Made by a program: the position numbers and the translations under genes
Shown: positions 62,543 to 64,000 of the stretch, piece by piece
Numbering within the stretch: position 1 is the stretch's first letter
Layout of the letters: each line of letters starts with the position of its first letter
The notes under the pieces: generated by a model
The model's input: only the letters and a program-made list of their open reading frames with translations
Database searches by the model: none
What the model was told of the DNA's origin: nothing
Origin: Amoebidium appalachense
Taxonomy: Eukaryota > Protista > Ichthyosporea
DNA: 64,000 nt
NCBI GenBank assembly: GCA_963693365.1
Contig: CAVNZM010000015.1
Span: 2,604,001 to 2,668,000 of the forward strand
Reading direction: 5' to 3'

Positions 62543-64000
62543 TATTTGGTATGTCTGCATGAGCATGTGACCATGCACTGTTGTTCGTGGGGAGGTATAC
62601 GTATACGTGCTTACGTGGAGGTGGGCTTAAATGGATATGGGTGGATGGAACACAGCCACGCAGGGTGTATGGTAGCGAGAAAGAGGCAGGGGCCTGGGGC
62701 CACCTCCGGGGGGGGGAGGGAGGGGGTGGGGTGGGGTGGGGGGGGGGGGGAGGGGGGGGGGAGGGGGGTTCATGATCATGATCCTGGTGAGGAGAAAAAG
62801 GGTTTCCATAAAACAACCAAAAAATTAGGAATATGTCTACGCTGGATGAGCAAAAAGACAGGCCCTGTACAGTATTTGTAGAGGGATTGAAAGCGTGAAA
62901 AGGACCCAGGCTTGGTTTATGGTTGTACGATGATATAGCTTTAGGGGGCCCCTTAAATGTAGTCTAGTCCATCATAAGATTGCTGCATGCATGAATAGAT
63001 AGTATTCAATTGCCCGGCGGCCCCCGGGGGGGGGGGGGGGGGGGTTATGGGATTTCCAAGTCTTTGTTGCTGATAAACGGCACCTTACCTGTCGGATTGC
63101 TAAAATGCAGCTGTTCGAATGTAATGGGCTCGGAATACTACTTGAATGCACTGTGTGCACACAGGTGTGAGCCATCGCTATTACAATCAGTGTGCATGCT
63201 TTCACATGCCAATCTGGCTGAGCAATGTGCTTGCATGTGTAAATAGCTGCGGCATTGATGGTACATGTAATGGAGGCGAAGGAGGTGGCATGCACGGACT
63301 CATGATCATGCTATGGGTGCTGCACACACACACATATGGGTGCTGCACACACACACACACACATACACACACACACACACACGCAGTGTATGAGACTTGT
63401 TTCTTTGACTTGTATTAATCAGCCAAGGGCATCAAAAAACACCGGGAAATCCTGTTTCCCAATTCACACACAACACGTTTTTGGGAAAAATTCTTTCAAA
63501 AATTCTCTACGAGCAAGGGACATTCGTTAATATTTGCTACAGCTCGATCGAATAGGAATACAAACACAACACTGCCACACACAACATTAGACCAAAATAC
63601 AACAAATCCTAGTGTATAGGCGAGAGTAGTCAAAATCACCGCTCTCTTGTCAAACTGCATTTTCTTGATTTCAACACATTTTGCTTATTGTAGAAGCATA
63701 TGTCCCTACAACACTACAACAGGTAGCACCCTGCCAGCACTAACACAACACCTAGTGCTGGTATCAAACTTCACCATTACCCCCCCCCCCCCCCCCCCCC
63801 CTCCCCTTCCCCCCCCCCCACAAACATCCCCACCTATTGCTCATCGCCAATCTTTGTGTATCCGGACCGTTTCTGCCACCTAGCAGCGACCGTCAAAGTC
63901 AACAACGTCCCCAAAATCCCAGCTGCAAACCCGCCAAATGCCGGCAGAATCTCCTTCTTAAACACAGCGGCCGTGTTATCACCCCCATCCGTACGGTTGT

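Overview
Eukaryotic genomic DNA with GT/GC-AG introns packed with (CA)n/(GT)n, (GA)n and long poly-G/poly-C tracts, so most ORFs in the supplied track are low-complexity artefacts. The gene set (syntenin-like, LST2-like) suggests a unicellular holozoan such as an ichthyosporean; this is inference only. Manual splicing gives: COG3 (minus, 18 exons, runs off the left edge); a FYVE-less LST2/ZFYVE28-like gene; a secreted phospholipase B-like Ntn-hydrolase; an intronless syntenin-like tandem-PDZ gene; a ~1675-aa disordered protein with a C-terminal globin domain; and a decayed CRT-like transporter. The most notable feature is a six-exon, ~1533-aa DDE-type transposase-like gene (AT-hook, DUF6729-like domain, DxFH motif, Cys finger) with an intact WRN-like 3'-5' exonuclease nested inside its catalytic core, two GC-AG introns and one homopolymer frameshift. 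Two MITE candidates, several minisatellites and a sense-oriented intronic repeat family are also present. All family assignments come from remembered motifs, not database searches.
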